64,000 bases of DNA from Bdellovibrionales bacterium (GCA_964230645.1 CAXRHT010000003.1:416001-480000); one strand, 5' to 3'. Positions 38,839 to 48,704 are shown, counted from the first letter of the stretch. Notes: a model not told the origin generated them from the letters alone. Numbers and translations: made by a program.

Positions 38839-40384
38839 ACTGCACTCTTTTGTGAGCTCCTGGGGCGCTCCGAAAGACACCTCTCACTTAACCACAGCGC
38901 AAAGAGTTCGAATTTCCTTTGAAGAACTGGGGCCGACTTTTATTAAATTGGGTCAGCTTTTAGCCTCAAGGCCTGATGTTATCCCTGTCGATTATATTGC
39001 CGAATTTAGAAAGCTTCAGGATCAAATCCCAGCGATTCCTTTTGAAGAAATCGAGAAAATTTTAGACGATCAATTCCCAGGCGGTTATAAAAAGATCTTT
39101 AAAGAATTTTCTGAAGAAGCCATAGGATCAGCCAGTATTGCCCAGGTTCACCGAGCCATCCTGATGGACGGAACCGCTGTGGTAGTAAAAATCCAGAAAC
39201 CAGGGGTTCAGGAGATCATTGAAGATGATATCCGCATTATGCATCTGGTGGCGGGTCTTTGTGAAGACTACATTCCAGAATCAAAAATTTTTAATCCTTC
39301 CGGCATGGTAAACGAGTTTTCCCGCTCCATTTCGCTAGAAACCAATTTTGTAGTGGAAGCCAACAACATCAAGCGCTTTCAGGAAAACTTCGCAGGGGAT
39401 CCCCATATTAAAATTCCCACTATTTATCTAGAACACTCAGGGCCTCGTGTTTTAGTGATGGAAGAGCTTTTTGGCACCCCCATGAGTAAAACCGATGTCT
39501 TTTTGAGTGAAGGTGTTGACCGAGATGCTCTTATGAAGGTCGGTCTTCGTGCCTATTTTTCCATGGTATTTCGCGACGGACTTTTCCACGGAGACTTACA
39601 CGCCGGCAACATTTTTATACTCGAAGGCAACCGTGTGGGCTTTATTGATTTCGGAATGGTGGGTCGAGTTTCTCGGAAAACACAAACCTCCATTGCCAGT
39701 ATGTTTATGGCTCTCGTCGCAGAGGACTATGACCGTTTAGCTTACGAGTACATTGAACTGGCCCCCTTTAACAATCGCACCGAAAGACAAGCTCTCGCTC
39801 AGGATTTGCGCTCTATACTTTCCCCCTTCTTTGGGCTGACTCTAAAAAATGTGAATATGGGAAAACTTCTCTTGGAGTCCTCAAGGGTGGCAGCGAAACA
39901 TCATGTGGTTCTTCCTTCTGAACTGATGATGTTTTTTAAATCAATGGTCTCCATTGAAGGCTTAGCCCGCATGGTAAGAGAAGATTTCGACATGCTTCCC
40001 TTTGTCAAAGAGTCGGCCAAAGAACTTCTTAAAACAAAAGTTTCGACCACCGAGCTTTTTTCTGATGCCACTTTTCAAATGAAAGAATGGACCTCTCTTT
40101 TAGAGAGTATTCCAAAAGAAATAAAAAACCATCTCCGCAAAATCAATCACCCTGACTACAGAGAGACCGTAGAAATCCATCAACTTCGCGATATGGAATC
40201 GACAATCTATCAGTCAGCTAGGCTCGTTTTCATAGGACTTGTTATCTCAGCCCTAACGATTTCAGGTGCGATGACTTTTGAAACCGCAAACACCGAAATG
40301 CTTTACGGCTTCCCTATAATAAGCCTAAGCATGTTCGTTCTAGCCGCCCTCCTCTTCGTCCGCTTCTTCCTAAAAAACAAGTAA
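38720..40384 (+). CDS. ABC1/UbiB-family atypical kinase
   Basis: LGPTFIKLGQ, ASIAQVH, VVKIQ, FHGDLHAGN, DFGMVG, C-terminal TM helices. Confidence 0.93.
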   Translation: MSWLQKPIQIGETIKNAGRLRKIVSVFARNGFQDVAQKIRLHSFVSSWGAPKDTSHLTTAQRVRISFEELGPTFIKLGQLLASRPDVIPVDYIAEFRKLQDQIPAIPFEEIEKILDDQFPGGYKKIFKEFSEEAIGSASIAQVHRAILMDGTAVVVKIQKPGVQEIIEDDIRIMHLVAGLCEDYIPESKIFNPSGMVNEFSRSISLETNFVVEANNIKRFQENFAGDPHIKIPTIYLEHSGPRVLVMEELFGTPMSKTDVFLSEGVDRDALMKVGLRAYFSMVFRDGLFHGDLHAGNIFILEGNRVGFIDFGMVGRVSRKTQTSIASMFMALVAEDYDRLAYEYIELAPFNNRTERQALAQDLRSILSPFFGLTLKNVNMGKLLLESSRVAAKHHVVLPSELMMFFKSMVSIEGLARMVREDFDMLPFVKESAKELLKTKVSTTELFSDATFQMKEWTSLLESIPKEIKNHLRKINHPDYRETVEIHQLRDMESTIYQSARLVFIGLVISALTISGAMTFETANTEMLYGFPIISLSMFVLAALLFVRFFLKNK

Positions 40385-40387
40385 CTC

Positions 40388-40505
40388 AAAAGGTGCCAGG
40401 CACCTTTTTGGCACAAAAAAAGTCCAATGTTTGAGTGAGACATTGGACTTAGAGTTTTTTGTTTGTTTTTAAGAGAACCCTCTTTGGAAGGAGGGTTCTT
40501 TAATT
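40388..40505. terminator. Three consecutive hairpins between convergent genes
   Basis: AAAAGGTGCC-A-GGCACCTTTT; AAGTCCAATGT..ACATTGGACTT; AGAACCCTC..GAGGGTTCT. Confidence 0.6.
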
Positions 40506-40516
40506 TTTGAGTTTTA

Positions 40517-42085
40517 TTAGTTGGACTGACATTCCGCAGGCAGTTGTCTGATTTCCTCTCTCGATAGGCGAGAGTAGTCATTTGGACAAGCGCTTGTGGT
40601 TGCACCGTTTATTGATAGCACCTCTCTCGGATTGTACTGGAACCACATATCAAAAGCTGTTCCGAGTTTTAACCCAGCTCCTCTTGGAGCTTCAAATCCG
40701 ACAATGGATTTGTAGGCGATATCATTACCATACTGATCCGTTTCAAAGAACTTCGCGTTATAGATCAGGTGGATATAAGTAATGTCTTTTTCCGACAGCG
40801 TTGAAAGCTCATTTTGTCTTTCGTCGGCTGTGTCTACATTTCCGTCACGGTTGTAGTCGTGCCACACTCTGAGTCGAGAGAAAACAGCGTCGTTTCGGTC
40901 TATATAACCATCAGAGAAGTTCTCGTCAGAATCAGTCGCATCACCTTTGTCCCATTTCATTAGGGCATGGAATCCATCTTTAGCAAAAGGTTGGTGCGTG
41001 TTTGGACCAAAAGTGTTGTCTCCGAAGAGTTGGTCGATTCCGAGTACGTTTCCATTCTCATCAGGAAGGACAAGGAACTGGTATCTTGTTTGGCTGGCTT
41101 GAATCCAACTAATTTGGTACTTAAAGTTCTTTCCAGCTTCATTGATGTGAAGGAAGTCACCGGTGTCTAAGCGTGTTTGGTGCTGTCTTCCAAGAAGGTT
41201 GAACTGAGTTCCATCTTCAGGAGAAGAAAGATCTAGGTCACCACTCTGGAAGTAAGAGTCACCAGAGTTTCTTAGAGTTTCGGCATCAGCATAGGCTACT
41301 CCAACTGTGTCGACCATAAGTGGATCACCACCACCGTCGCCACCGCCGTCACCGCCGCCGTCGCCGCCACCGTCACCACCGCCGTCTCCACCGCGATCGT
41401 CATCATCGTCACCACCGTTGTTACAACGAGCAAGTCTAGGATTTCTGACACAAGGATCGACTGGATCTGGAGTATCGATTACTGGTGGAGCAGGAGGCTC
41501 GATCACAGGAGGCTCAACAACCACCTGACAACGAGTTCTGTTTCCGTTTAATACGTCACAACGCTCACAACGACGTGAAGGTTGATCGGCATTTCCACCG
41601 AAGAATATATATTGATTGTTTCCGTCACAGCGTTGCACAAGACAAACGGGAACTTCGATTCCATCAACAACTCTTGTTCCTCGAGTTACACAAGGACGAC
41701 AACGAGTATAAGTTCCGTCTGGTTTTAGCACCTGAAAACGGTTTCTATTATTAGGGCAAAATTGAAAAGGAGGAAGAGGGGTTGGCTCATCCACGATCAC
41801 TGTCGGCTCTTCCGGCTCAGGAGTCGGTTCCTCTGTAGGAATTGTCGGCTCTTCAGGCTCTGGTACATCTCCACCGTAGTCGGTCGGAAGACCGTCATCG
41901 AGGGGATCGCTACCAACGAAAGAATTTCCTTGGGGATCTTCAAATACTGGGTTTTGTGATAAATGGGCATCCGTTTCTGATCCCGAGAAAGAAGCAAACT
42001 GGTTACAGTTCGAAATTCCTATGAGCATCAAAACTAAGATGGCAGATTTAATCACTCCGTTAAATATGCTCTTAGTGTTAGTCAT
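40517..42085 (-). CDS. Lipoprotein with Pro/Cys-rich stalk, Gly-Asp linker and FrpC-type Ca2+-dependent self-processing (Asp-Pro) module
   Basis: AGGAGG RBS, ISNC lipobox; (GGGD)n then DPLMVD; LFGDNT, FAKDGFHAL, DAVFSRLRVWHDYNRDG, NELSTL. Confidence 0.75.
   Translation of the reverse strand: MTNTKSIFNGVIKSAILVLMLIGISNCNQFASFSGSETDAHLSQNPVFEDPQGNSFVGSDPLDDGLPTDYGGDVPEPEEPTIPTEEPTPEPEEPTVIVDEPTPLPPFQFCPNNRNRFQVLKPDGTYTRCRPCVTRGTRVVDGIEVPVCLVQRCDGNNQYIFFGGNADQPSRRCERCDVLNGNRTRCQVVVEPPVIEPPAPPVIDTPDPVDPCVRNPRLARCNNGGDDDDDRGGDGGGDGGGDGGGDGGGDGGGDPLMVDTVGVAYADAETLRNSGDSYFQSGDLDLSSPEDGTQFNLLGRQHQTRLDTGDFLHINEAGKNFKYQISWIQASQTRYQFLVLPDENGNVLGIDQLFGDNTFGPNTHQPFAKDGFHALMKWDKGDATDSDENFSDGYIDRNDAVFSRLRVWHDYNRDGNVDTADERQNELSTLSEKDITYIHLIYNAKFFETDQYGNDIAYKSIVGFEAPRGAGLKLGTAFDMWFQYNPREVLSINGATTSACPNDYSRLSREEIRQLPAECQSN
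41324..41392 (-). repeat. 12-bp coding tandem repeat encoding GGGD about 5.7 times
   Basis: CCACCGCCGTCN-type units with synonymous third-position variation. Confidence 0.9.
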
Positions 42086-42354
42086 TAAAAAACCTCCTAT
42101 TGACAACATTTATTAAAGCAATAGGAGTACCAATCTGATATTTGCCACTGAAAACGCTTTAAACAAAAAAGCAACTTTGCACCTGTAAAAAAGTTCGACG
42201 ATTCCCGTTTCATACTGAAACAACTAGGCTTTTATTGTGTAAACTCTGTACACACCAAAACGACAAAAAGGGGCACTAGTGGCCTTTCCTATAGAAATTT
42301 AAAAGCTTTGATGAGATAATTAATTATCTTTTAAGTCTTGAGTGGGGGAACTCT

Positions 42355-43833
42355 TTGTCTAGAAAAAGCTTAGCCTTTTTTATTGTTCTATCAGGAATGG
42401 CCATCTTGCTGTTTCAAAACTGCGGTCAAGGCTTTCAGAAAACCGATGGATCCAGTGGTCTATCCTTCTGTAAGCTTCAAACCCAAGAAAGCTCACCCTT
42501 TGTTTCCAGTAAAGTTGCAATTAAAAGTAGTGTTTTCAGCAGTCAGCATAAATTAAAGATCGATACAGAGGAAAAAAAGTATTCTCTTATCGTAAATAGT
42601 CAGTGTCTCAATGACTTAAGTGAACCTTTAGACTTCTTGGGGCAAGACATTGTCGTTCCCAATAAATTTAAAGACTATGAGAAGGTTGCTACAAATATAT
42701 CCCTTCCTCTTACCGTGAGCATTGAGGCGCTTGAAGAAGAGATTGAGAAATCAGAATGCCTCATAGCCATTGCTGAGAACGAAGAGGTAAAAGCTTCGGC
42801 TTTAAGAGCTCAGCCGGTCAACGACCCGGAGGCAAGAAGGCAGGCTCATTTAACTTATCTAGGACATTCTACTGCTAGAGGACTGATGGTGGATATCACA
42901 GAGCCCGTCGTTGTGGCCTTTGTAGATTCTGGAGTGGATATCGATCATCCAGAAATTAGTTCAAGACTTTGGAGTGATGCCAACGGGAACCATGGGACCA
43001 ATATAGTTGGAAACAATGATGACGTGGATGATTTTGACAGCCATGGAACCCATGTTGCTGGAATTGTTGCTGCCGCAGAAAATAACGGTCAAGGGGGCTC
43101 TGGACTCACTGACTCTTTTGTAGAAGTGATGGCGATAAAAGTGCTTGAACGCGGCGCCGGGAATTCTCAAAATGTTGCTAATGGTATTCGTTGGGCTGTT
43201 AGAAATGGTGCTGATATTATTAATTTAAGTATTGAGGCTCGCGGGCAGAATCTTCAAATAGAAGACGCCATTAGAGAGGCTGTGGCTGCCGGCGTTTTTA
43301 TCACTGCGGCTGCGGGGAATCAGTCTGAGCAAATTACCACATCAAACCTTTTTGCTCCCGCTTACCTCGGTCCACAACTAAACGGAGTGATGTCTGTGGG
43401 CTCAATTGATGTTACCGATAATCTTCTCTCACTTTTTTCAAACTTTAGTTCGACATTCGTTGAAATCGCAGCCCCTGGAGCTGAAACCTCTAGTAATGCG
43501 ACAAATGCTGGAGGCATTCTTTCTTTAAACACCGATGGCGGTCTTGCTCGAATTCAAGGAACTTCTCAGTCGACGCCGATGGTTTCAGCGGCCGCCGCCA
43601 TGATCATTGGCTTTTTAAAAACCAACAACATTCCCTATAGCCCTGCCGGTGTGGAAAGCTTTATTAAATCGGATGGTTCGATGCTCAATGGTAGTTTAGC
43701 TTCTCAAATTGCCAGTGGTCGAATCCTTCAAATGGGTTTTCTTGCCGAGAACCTTAATGAATATATTAACTCCACCGACAAGCCTAACTTCAACGAAGAG
43801 GTCACGACCGGGAATCTTTGTCGTTTAAACTAA
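42355..43833 (+). CDS. Subtilisin-like S8 protease lipoprotein
   Basis: FQNC lipobox; VDSG, HGTHVAG, AAGN, GTSQSTP. Confidence 0.94.
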   Translation: MSRKSLAFFIVLSGMAILLFQNCGQGFQKTDGSSGLSFCKLQTQESSPFVSSKVAIKSSVFSSQHKLKIDTEEKKYSLIVNSQCLNDLSEPLDFLGQDIVVPNKFKDYEKVATNISLPLTVSIEALEEEIEKSECLIAIAENEEVKASALRAQPVNDPEARRQAHLTYLGHSTARGLMVDITEPVVVAFVDSGVDIDHPEISSRLWSDANGNHGTNIVGNNDDVDDFDSHGTHVAGIVAAAENNGQGGSGLTDSFVEVMAIKVLERGAGNSQNVANGIRWAVRNGADIINLSIEARGQNLQIEDAIREAVAAGVFITAAAGNQSEQITTSNLFAPAYLGPQLNGVMSVGSIDVTDNLLSLFSNFSSTFVEIAAPGAETSSNATNAGGILSLNTDGGLARIQGTSQSTPMVSAAAAMIIGFLKTNNIPYSPAGVESFIKSDGSMLNGSLASQIASGRILQMGFLAENLNEYINSTDKPNFNEEVTTGNLCRLN

Positions 43834-43951
43834 ATCACAAAAAACCCTTCTATATAGTGAACCAATAAAAAGTTGCTATTTTACGCAAGCTATAAAGTTC
43901 ACTTGGTTGACAAGGCTTTTGGTGAAGAGCTAACAGTGCTTTAACAAGATG

Positions 43952-44034
43952 AACTCAAGGGGTGGTTTTTTAAACCTGAGATCCTAACGGAAACCCTATG
44001 AACCTGATGCGGTTTGTACCGCCGGAGGGATGAG
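43952..44034 (+). ncRNA. TPP (thiamine pyrophosphate) riboswitch
   Basis: CTCA-AGGGGTG...CTGAGA...ACCC-TATGAACCTGATGCGGTTTGTACCGCCGGAGGGA-TGAG fits the THI-box consensus; TTGACA at 43907. Confidence 0.92.
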
Positions 44035-45990
44035 ATGCTAAAGCTTTTTCTATTATTGTTTTCCGTAACCCACATATATAGTATCGAGAAAATTGAAGTC
44101 TTAAGAGGACAGATCGAAAAGAATGAGCCCTCTTGGTTTTTGAGGACTCAGGCTGAGGATCAGTTTTTACAGACACCTAATTTAAACTTCTCAAGTGGCG
44201 GCAATCGCAGCCGTTTTTTCCAAATAAGAGGAATTGGTGCCCACAGTCAGTACGACACTTTTAATTCTTCCGAAGTAGGCTATTTCTATGAAGGTATTGA
44301 TCTATCTGAAAACCCACAAGCCAGCTTCCTTGGGTTTGGCCAAGACTTTTTTATTCATAAAACTTCCCAGACAAGCGATTGGGGTGGGGGAGCAATGGGT
44401 GGCATGGCGGAGCTTTCTCATTGCTCGCCGGAGTATTGTCCAAGGCTAAGAAGCTCCATCCTTATCAATAATAGCCCCGGGGCAAGCCTTGTGCTTTCCG
44501 TTCCCTTAGAGATTTCAGAAAACTGGTGGGTGAGTTTTCAGGGAGCAAGGAGAATTGAGGAGGGATTCCAATTTAATAATTTTTTAAGTGATAAAACAGG
44601 AGGAAGGGATGAGAGCTTTTATGAAATCCATCAATATTTTGCTTTGGAAAAATTGGCTATCGAAACTCACCACCTTCACAGTGATTTAAACAATGGCTAT
44701 GACCATTTTTCTCACAACAACAATCGCATCACCCATTCCGACCGGCCAGGGAAAGAAAGTTTAGACATATGGGGCCATTCGTTAAGACTTACACGCAACT
44801 GGCAGAGTGTCGCGGTTAGTTTTCTCACAAGCTTGAGTCAGTCCGATTTCAATCAGTCTTTTGATGAAGATTGGCGCAATGATGAGTACTGGCAGACTCT
44901 TCCCGGTTGGAATCAGAATTACGATTACCACAGTGAAAATCAGTTTAAGAAAACGAAATGGCACAACAAACTAGAGCTTGATGCAAAAAGTTGGAAGCTT
45001 GGCATCCATGCCTACCAATTTGAAGACGAACTTGAAAATGAAGGCTTTGAAGATGTGGCCTCACGCGGCTTAACAAGAGGAGAAATGCTGCGCCAAGGGC
45101 TGGCCCTTTTCTCTGAGGTGAGTTTACTTTCAAACTCTTCGAAACGTATGAGTCTTAAGGCAAGGGGAGACTGGCAGGAAACCCAACTTATAAGTCCTCA
45201 AGAAAAATTAGATCAAAACTTTTTTTACTCTTTTGAAACCTCCTACCGGCAGAATCTTAGCTTTACAGAGATGAATTGGACCTTAGGACGCTCTTACCGA
45301 GGAGGGGGGTACAACCTTGAGGCCTCAGCCGTTGGGGAGAGGAGAAGCTTTGAGCCTGAGACTTTTTATTTTATCCAGTCTGAATTCAATGAGCTCTTTG
45401 GGTTCAATAATGAGCAGTGGACCTTGTTTTATCATTTTAGAGAAAACCAGCAATTGCGAACCTCCTTTCAAGACGATCTTAACGACCCCTCAAGTTTTAC
45501 CACAATCACTCAAAACTCTGGAAACTCTGAAGCCTTTGGTATTGAGTGGGAGAAATCAGTAGAGGTTGATCCCTTCTTGTTTCAAATCTCACTCGGTGGT
45601 CTTTTTTCTCATTTTAAAGAGTATCAGTCTCCATCGGGATCACTAAAAGGGAGGCAAACGCCTTATGCGCCACTTTATAGTTTTAGGCTCTTAAGCCGCT
45701 ATCAGTTCACTCAAAATTTCAATCTGGAAATGCTTTTTTACGGAAAAGATGAGTTTTACTTTTCCAATAGTCACAATCAGAAATCCACCGCTTTTGAATT
45801 ACTTGATTTGTCTTTCAATTATCAAATGGGTGCTTTTAGTACTTCCATCTTTGTTAAGAACTTGCTGGATCGTACTTACGCACAAAGGGGCTTTTATTTT
45901 AGTAATGAACCACCTACCTGGCGGACTGAGCTTTATACTCAGCCAGAGCCACCTAGAATTTTTGGGGTGCAGATTTCTTATTTCTTGTAA
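44035..45990 (+). CDS. TonB-dependent receptor, probably for thiamine or a precursor
   Basis: Signal peptide from ATG 44035, plug motif FQIRGIG, KNLLD, C-terminal GVQISYFL; preceded by the TPP riboswitch. Confidence 0.88.
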   Translation: MLKLFLLLFSVTHIYSIEKIEVLRGQIEKNEPSWFLRTQAEDQFLQTPNLNFSSGGNRSRFFQIRGIGAHSQYDTFNSSEVGYFYEGIDLSENPQASFLGFGQDFFIHKTSQTSDWGGGAMGGMAELSHCSPEYCPRLRSSILINNSPGASLVLSVPLEISENWWVSFQGARRIEEGFQFNNFLSDKTGGRDESFYEIHQYFALEKLAIETHHLHSDLNNGYDHFSHNNNRITHSDRPGKESLDIWGHSLRLTRNWQSVAVSFLTSLSQSDFNQSFDEDWRNDEYWQTLPGWNQNYDYHSENQFKKTKWHNKLELDAKSWKLGIHAYQFEDELENEGFEDVASRGLTRGEMLRQGLALFSEVSLLSNSSKRMSLKARGDWQETQLISPQEKLDQNFFYSFETSYRQNLSFTEMNWTLGRSYRGGGYNLEASAVGERRSFEPETFYFIQSEFNELFGFNNEQWTLFYHFRENQQLRTSFQDDLNDPSSFTTITQNSGNSEAFGIEWEKSVEVDPFLFQISLGGLFSHFKEYQSPSGSLKGRQTPYAPLYSFRLLSRYQFTQNFNLEMLFYGKDEFYFSNSHNQKSTAFELLDLSFNYQMGAFSTSIFVKNLLDRTYAQRGFYFSNEPPTWRTELYTQPEPPRIFGVQISYFL

Positions 45991-46824
45991 TTAGCCTAGA
46001 AGCTTTAGAGCCATATTTTTGATTTGATTGGCTTGCCCGAGAACCGAAGCCCCTGACTGCATCAAGATATTTTGCTTCGCCAGTTCTGCGGTTTCCTCCG
46101 CCACATCTGTATCTCGTATTCGACTGTTAGCAGCCGATAGATTCTCGTGAGCTACGGCGAGATTGTTCATGGTTGAAATCAGTCGATTCTGAAGAGCACC
46201 GAAATTGGCTCTCATTTTATTCACTCGAAGCATCGCTTCATCAATCACACCCAAAGTGTTCTGAGCTCCTTGTTTTGAAGAGATCGCTTCAGCGGCAATG
46301 CCAAGACTAGTGAGGCCTGCATTAGCCTCGCCAGAGTCAAAGCTTATGCGGTCATTAAACGGGTTATTATGGACACCCACTTGAAAATCAAGAAGTCCAC
46401 CGGTTCCGTTTAAAAGATTTGTGCTGTTAAATTGAGTGACTTCAGAAACACGTTCAATTTCATTTTTTAACTGTTGAAATTCCACATCGGTAAATGACCT
46501 CTCACGGTCACCAACAGTGTCAGAAGAGGATTGGATGGCAAGCTCACGCATACGAATAAGCATATTACTAATTTCAGAGAGTCCACCTTCAGCCACCTGC
46601 ACCATAGAGACACCATCTTGGGCGTTACGGTTGGCCTGTTTGAGCCCACGAATTTGAGCGCGAAGATTTTCGGAGATGGCAAGCCCTGCGGCATCGTCAG
46701 CAGCACGGTTGATCCTATATCCAGAGCTTAAACGCTCAAGAGACTTCATCATTTTCAAGTTCGTATTGAAAAGTTGCCTTTGTGCATTGATGGATGGAAT
46801 ATTAGTCGCTATCCGTAATGACAT
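45991..46824 (-). CDS. fliC: Flagellin (paralogue 1)
   Basis: RIATN, LSSGYRINRAADDAAGLAISE, GALQNRL, SRIRDTDVA. Confidence 0.97.
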   Translation of the reverse strand: MSLRIATNIPSINAQRQLFNTNLKMMKSLERLSSGYRINRAADDAAGLAISENLRAQIRGLKQANRNAQDGVSMVQVAEGGLSEISNMLIRMRELAIQSSSDTVGDRERSFTDVEFQQLKNEIERVSEVTQFNSTNLLNGTGGLLDFQVGVHNNPFNDRISFDSGEANAGLTSLGIAAEAISSKQGAQNTLGVIDEAMLRVNKMRANFGALQNRLISTMNNLAVAHENLSAANSRIRDTDVAEETAELAKQNILMQSGASVLGQANQIKNMALKLLG

Positions 46825-47015
46825 TTAAAAAATCCCCTCAACCCTTAAGTCCAGTCCTTAAACTTCAGAGTCCATTGTTTATAAATGATATTCATTTCAT
46901 TCTTATCAAAAGTATTCGTCTAACTTTTAATCGGAGCCTGACCCGTATTGATAAAGTCTAGTTTTCAGATTTGCGTCTAGTGAGGTATAGTACTAAGAAT
47001 AGGTAATTGGTTTTT

Positions 47016-47528
47016 ATGTTCGATTTAAGAGAAACGTTAGAGAAAGCAGCAAAAGCTCTGCAATCAAAAAACATCCCGTTTGCCCTAATAGGCGGATTCG
47101 CTTTAGGCTCTCATGGAATTCATCGAGCCACTCAAGATGTCGATTTCCTTGTTGCAGGTGAGCATAAGGAAGAGGCAAAGCAATCGCTATTAGAAATTGG
47201 TTTTAAGGTTGTCTATCAGTCTAATGAGGTTTTACAACTTGAGGGGCCTGGTTACTTAGATATTCTTTTTGCTAATAGACCTCTTTCATTAGAAATGCTT
47301 TCTCAAGCAGTCGATTCATCGATCTCAGGGATAAAAGTGGTTTCACCTGAAGGTATAATCGGATTAAAAATTCAAGCCTATATGAATGATGAAGATAGGA
47401 AGCTACAAGATCTTGCCGATATTCAAAATTTAATCAATCTGGACCAAATTGATTTAGCCAATGTAAAAAAATATGCTGATTTATTTAATCAATGGGATGT
47501 CGTGAAAGCACTAAGGAAAGACAAATGA
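47016..47528 (+). CDS. MenT1/AbiEii-like nucleotidyltransferase, putative toxin
   Basis: ALIGGFAL..HG..RATQDVD, DILFA, IGLKIQA, R..QDLAD; start 47007 (TTG) or 47016 (ATG). Confidence 0.8.
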   Translation: MFDLRETLEKAAKALQSKNIPFALIGGFALGSHGIHRATQDVDFLVAGEHKEEAKQSLLEIGFKVVYQSNEVLQLEGPGYLDILFANRPLSLEMLSQAVDSSISGIKVVSPEGIIGLKIQAYMNDEDRKLQDLADIQNLINLDQIDLANVKKYADLFNQWDVVKALRKDK

Positions 47529-47629
47529 AATTACAACAATATCTTGATTTTATCGAAGAATATTGGCGTCTTTTTCCCAAGCCAAAACCCAGAAAAAAAA
47601 TAGATAAAATGGAGAACATGCTTCTTTAA
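47525..47629 (+). CDS. 34-aa peptide, putative antitoxin
   Basis: MKLQQYLDFIEEYWRLFPKPKPRKKIDKMENMLL; ATGA overlap with the NTase stop and AAGGA RBS; below the ORF-track size cut-off. Confidence 0.65.
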   Translation: MKLQQYLDFIEEYWRLFPKPKPRKKIDKMENMLL

Positions 47630-47773
47630 AACAGAGGCCAGGTCGTGTTGCTTGGCCCCTGAAGAGCAGGTTCCTGTACTGTGTGAGTACAGGATTATGA
47701 GATCAATGCGGACTCCGGCAGGGGAGGCGTGTGGTCTACACGCCTTACCTAAGAGACCGTCGTTCTTTCTTTA

Positions 47774-48619
47774 TTAAGAGAAAGAACTGTTCAAGAGTTG
47801 TAATGAAGCTTTAGCTGTTTGGTTCGCTTGTGCTAACACCGAGGTACCGGCTTGAAGCAGAATGTTTTGCTTCGTTAGGTTGGCGGTTTCTTCAGCCACA
47901 TCCACATCGCGGATTCGACTGTTAGCAGCAGCCATGTTTTCAAGCGAGATGGCCAAGTTATTGATCGTGGACATCAGCCTGTTTTGCATAGCTCCAAAGT
48001 CCGCTCTCATTGCTGATGTTGCCACAATGGCCTCATCAATCGCAGCGAGCGAGTTTTGTGCGGATGCCTTGTCAGACACGGAAGTTAAATTCACTCCCAG
48101 GGCTGCACTGTTGGCGTCGGCTTTTGAAGCGTCAAAGCTGAGTCGGTCAATATTGGGATCGTTTCTTGTTCCTACTTGGAAATCAAGGATCGCTCCTGTT
48201 CCACTCAGTAGGGGTGTCCCGTTAAATTCTGTACTATCAGCAATTCGGTCAACTTCATCAACCAATTGTTGGTATTCTACATCAAGAAGTTGTCTTTCGA
48301 CAGGGCCAATGGTGTCCGAGGCCGCCTGAACTCCGAGCTCTCTTAATCGAATCAGGATGTTTGAAATTTCCTGCATTCCACCTTCAGCTACTTGTAGCAT
48401 AGACACACCATCTTGGGCGTTTCTCCAGGCCACTTTGAGTCCGCGAATTTGACCTCGCAAGTTTTCAGAGATTGCTAAGCCTGCCGCATCATCACCGGCA
48501 CGGTTAATTCTGTAACCAGAACTTAACTTCTCCAAGCTTTTATCCATGGCTATCTTAGTACCGTACAAATTCCTTTGTGCGTTTAAAGACGCCGTGTTCG
48601 TATTAATTCGTAGGCCCAT
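47774..48619 (-). CDS. fliC: Flagellin (paralogue 2)
   Basis: Conserved flagellin N- and C-terminal motifs. Confidence 0.97.
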   Translation of the reverse strand: MGLRINTNTASLNAQRNLYGTKIAMDKSLEKLSSGYRINRAGDDAAGLAISENLRGQIRGLKVAWRNAQDGVSMLQVAEGGMQEISNILIRLRELGVQAASDTIGPVERQLLDVEYQQLVDEVDRIADSTEFNGTPLLSGTGAILDFQVGTRNDPNIDRLSFDASKADANSAALGVNLTSVSDKASAQNSLAAIDEAIVATSAMRADFGAMQNRLMSTINNLAISLENMAAANSRIRDVDVAEETANLTKQNILLQAGTSVLAQANQTAKASLQLLNSSFS

Positions 48620-48704
48620 GACTTCCTCCTTGAAAGTATGAATGCATCAGTTCCTTCGATGCAGGAGTACTTAAACTCCAAGGGCGATTTAACTATCACC
48701 TGGC

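Noticed and set aside
44014..44034. TTG start of the TonB-dependent receptor
   Set aside because: It lies inside the TPP aptamer; ATG 44035 has the SD and gives a clean signal peptide.
46927..46955. Sigma28 promoter for flagellin 1
   Set aside because: TCCGATTA is present on the minus strand, but there is no TAAA at 15-nt spacing, so it was not called.
47630..47770. Hairpins after the NTase pair as a type III antitoxin RNA
   Set aside because: No tandem repeats; more simply terminators between convergent genes.
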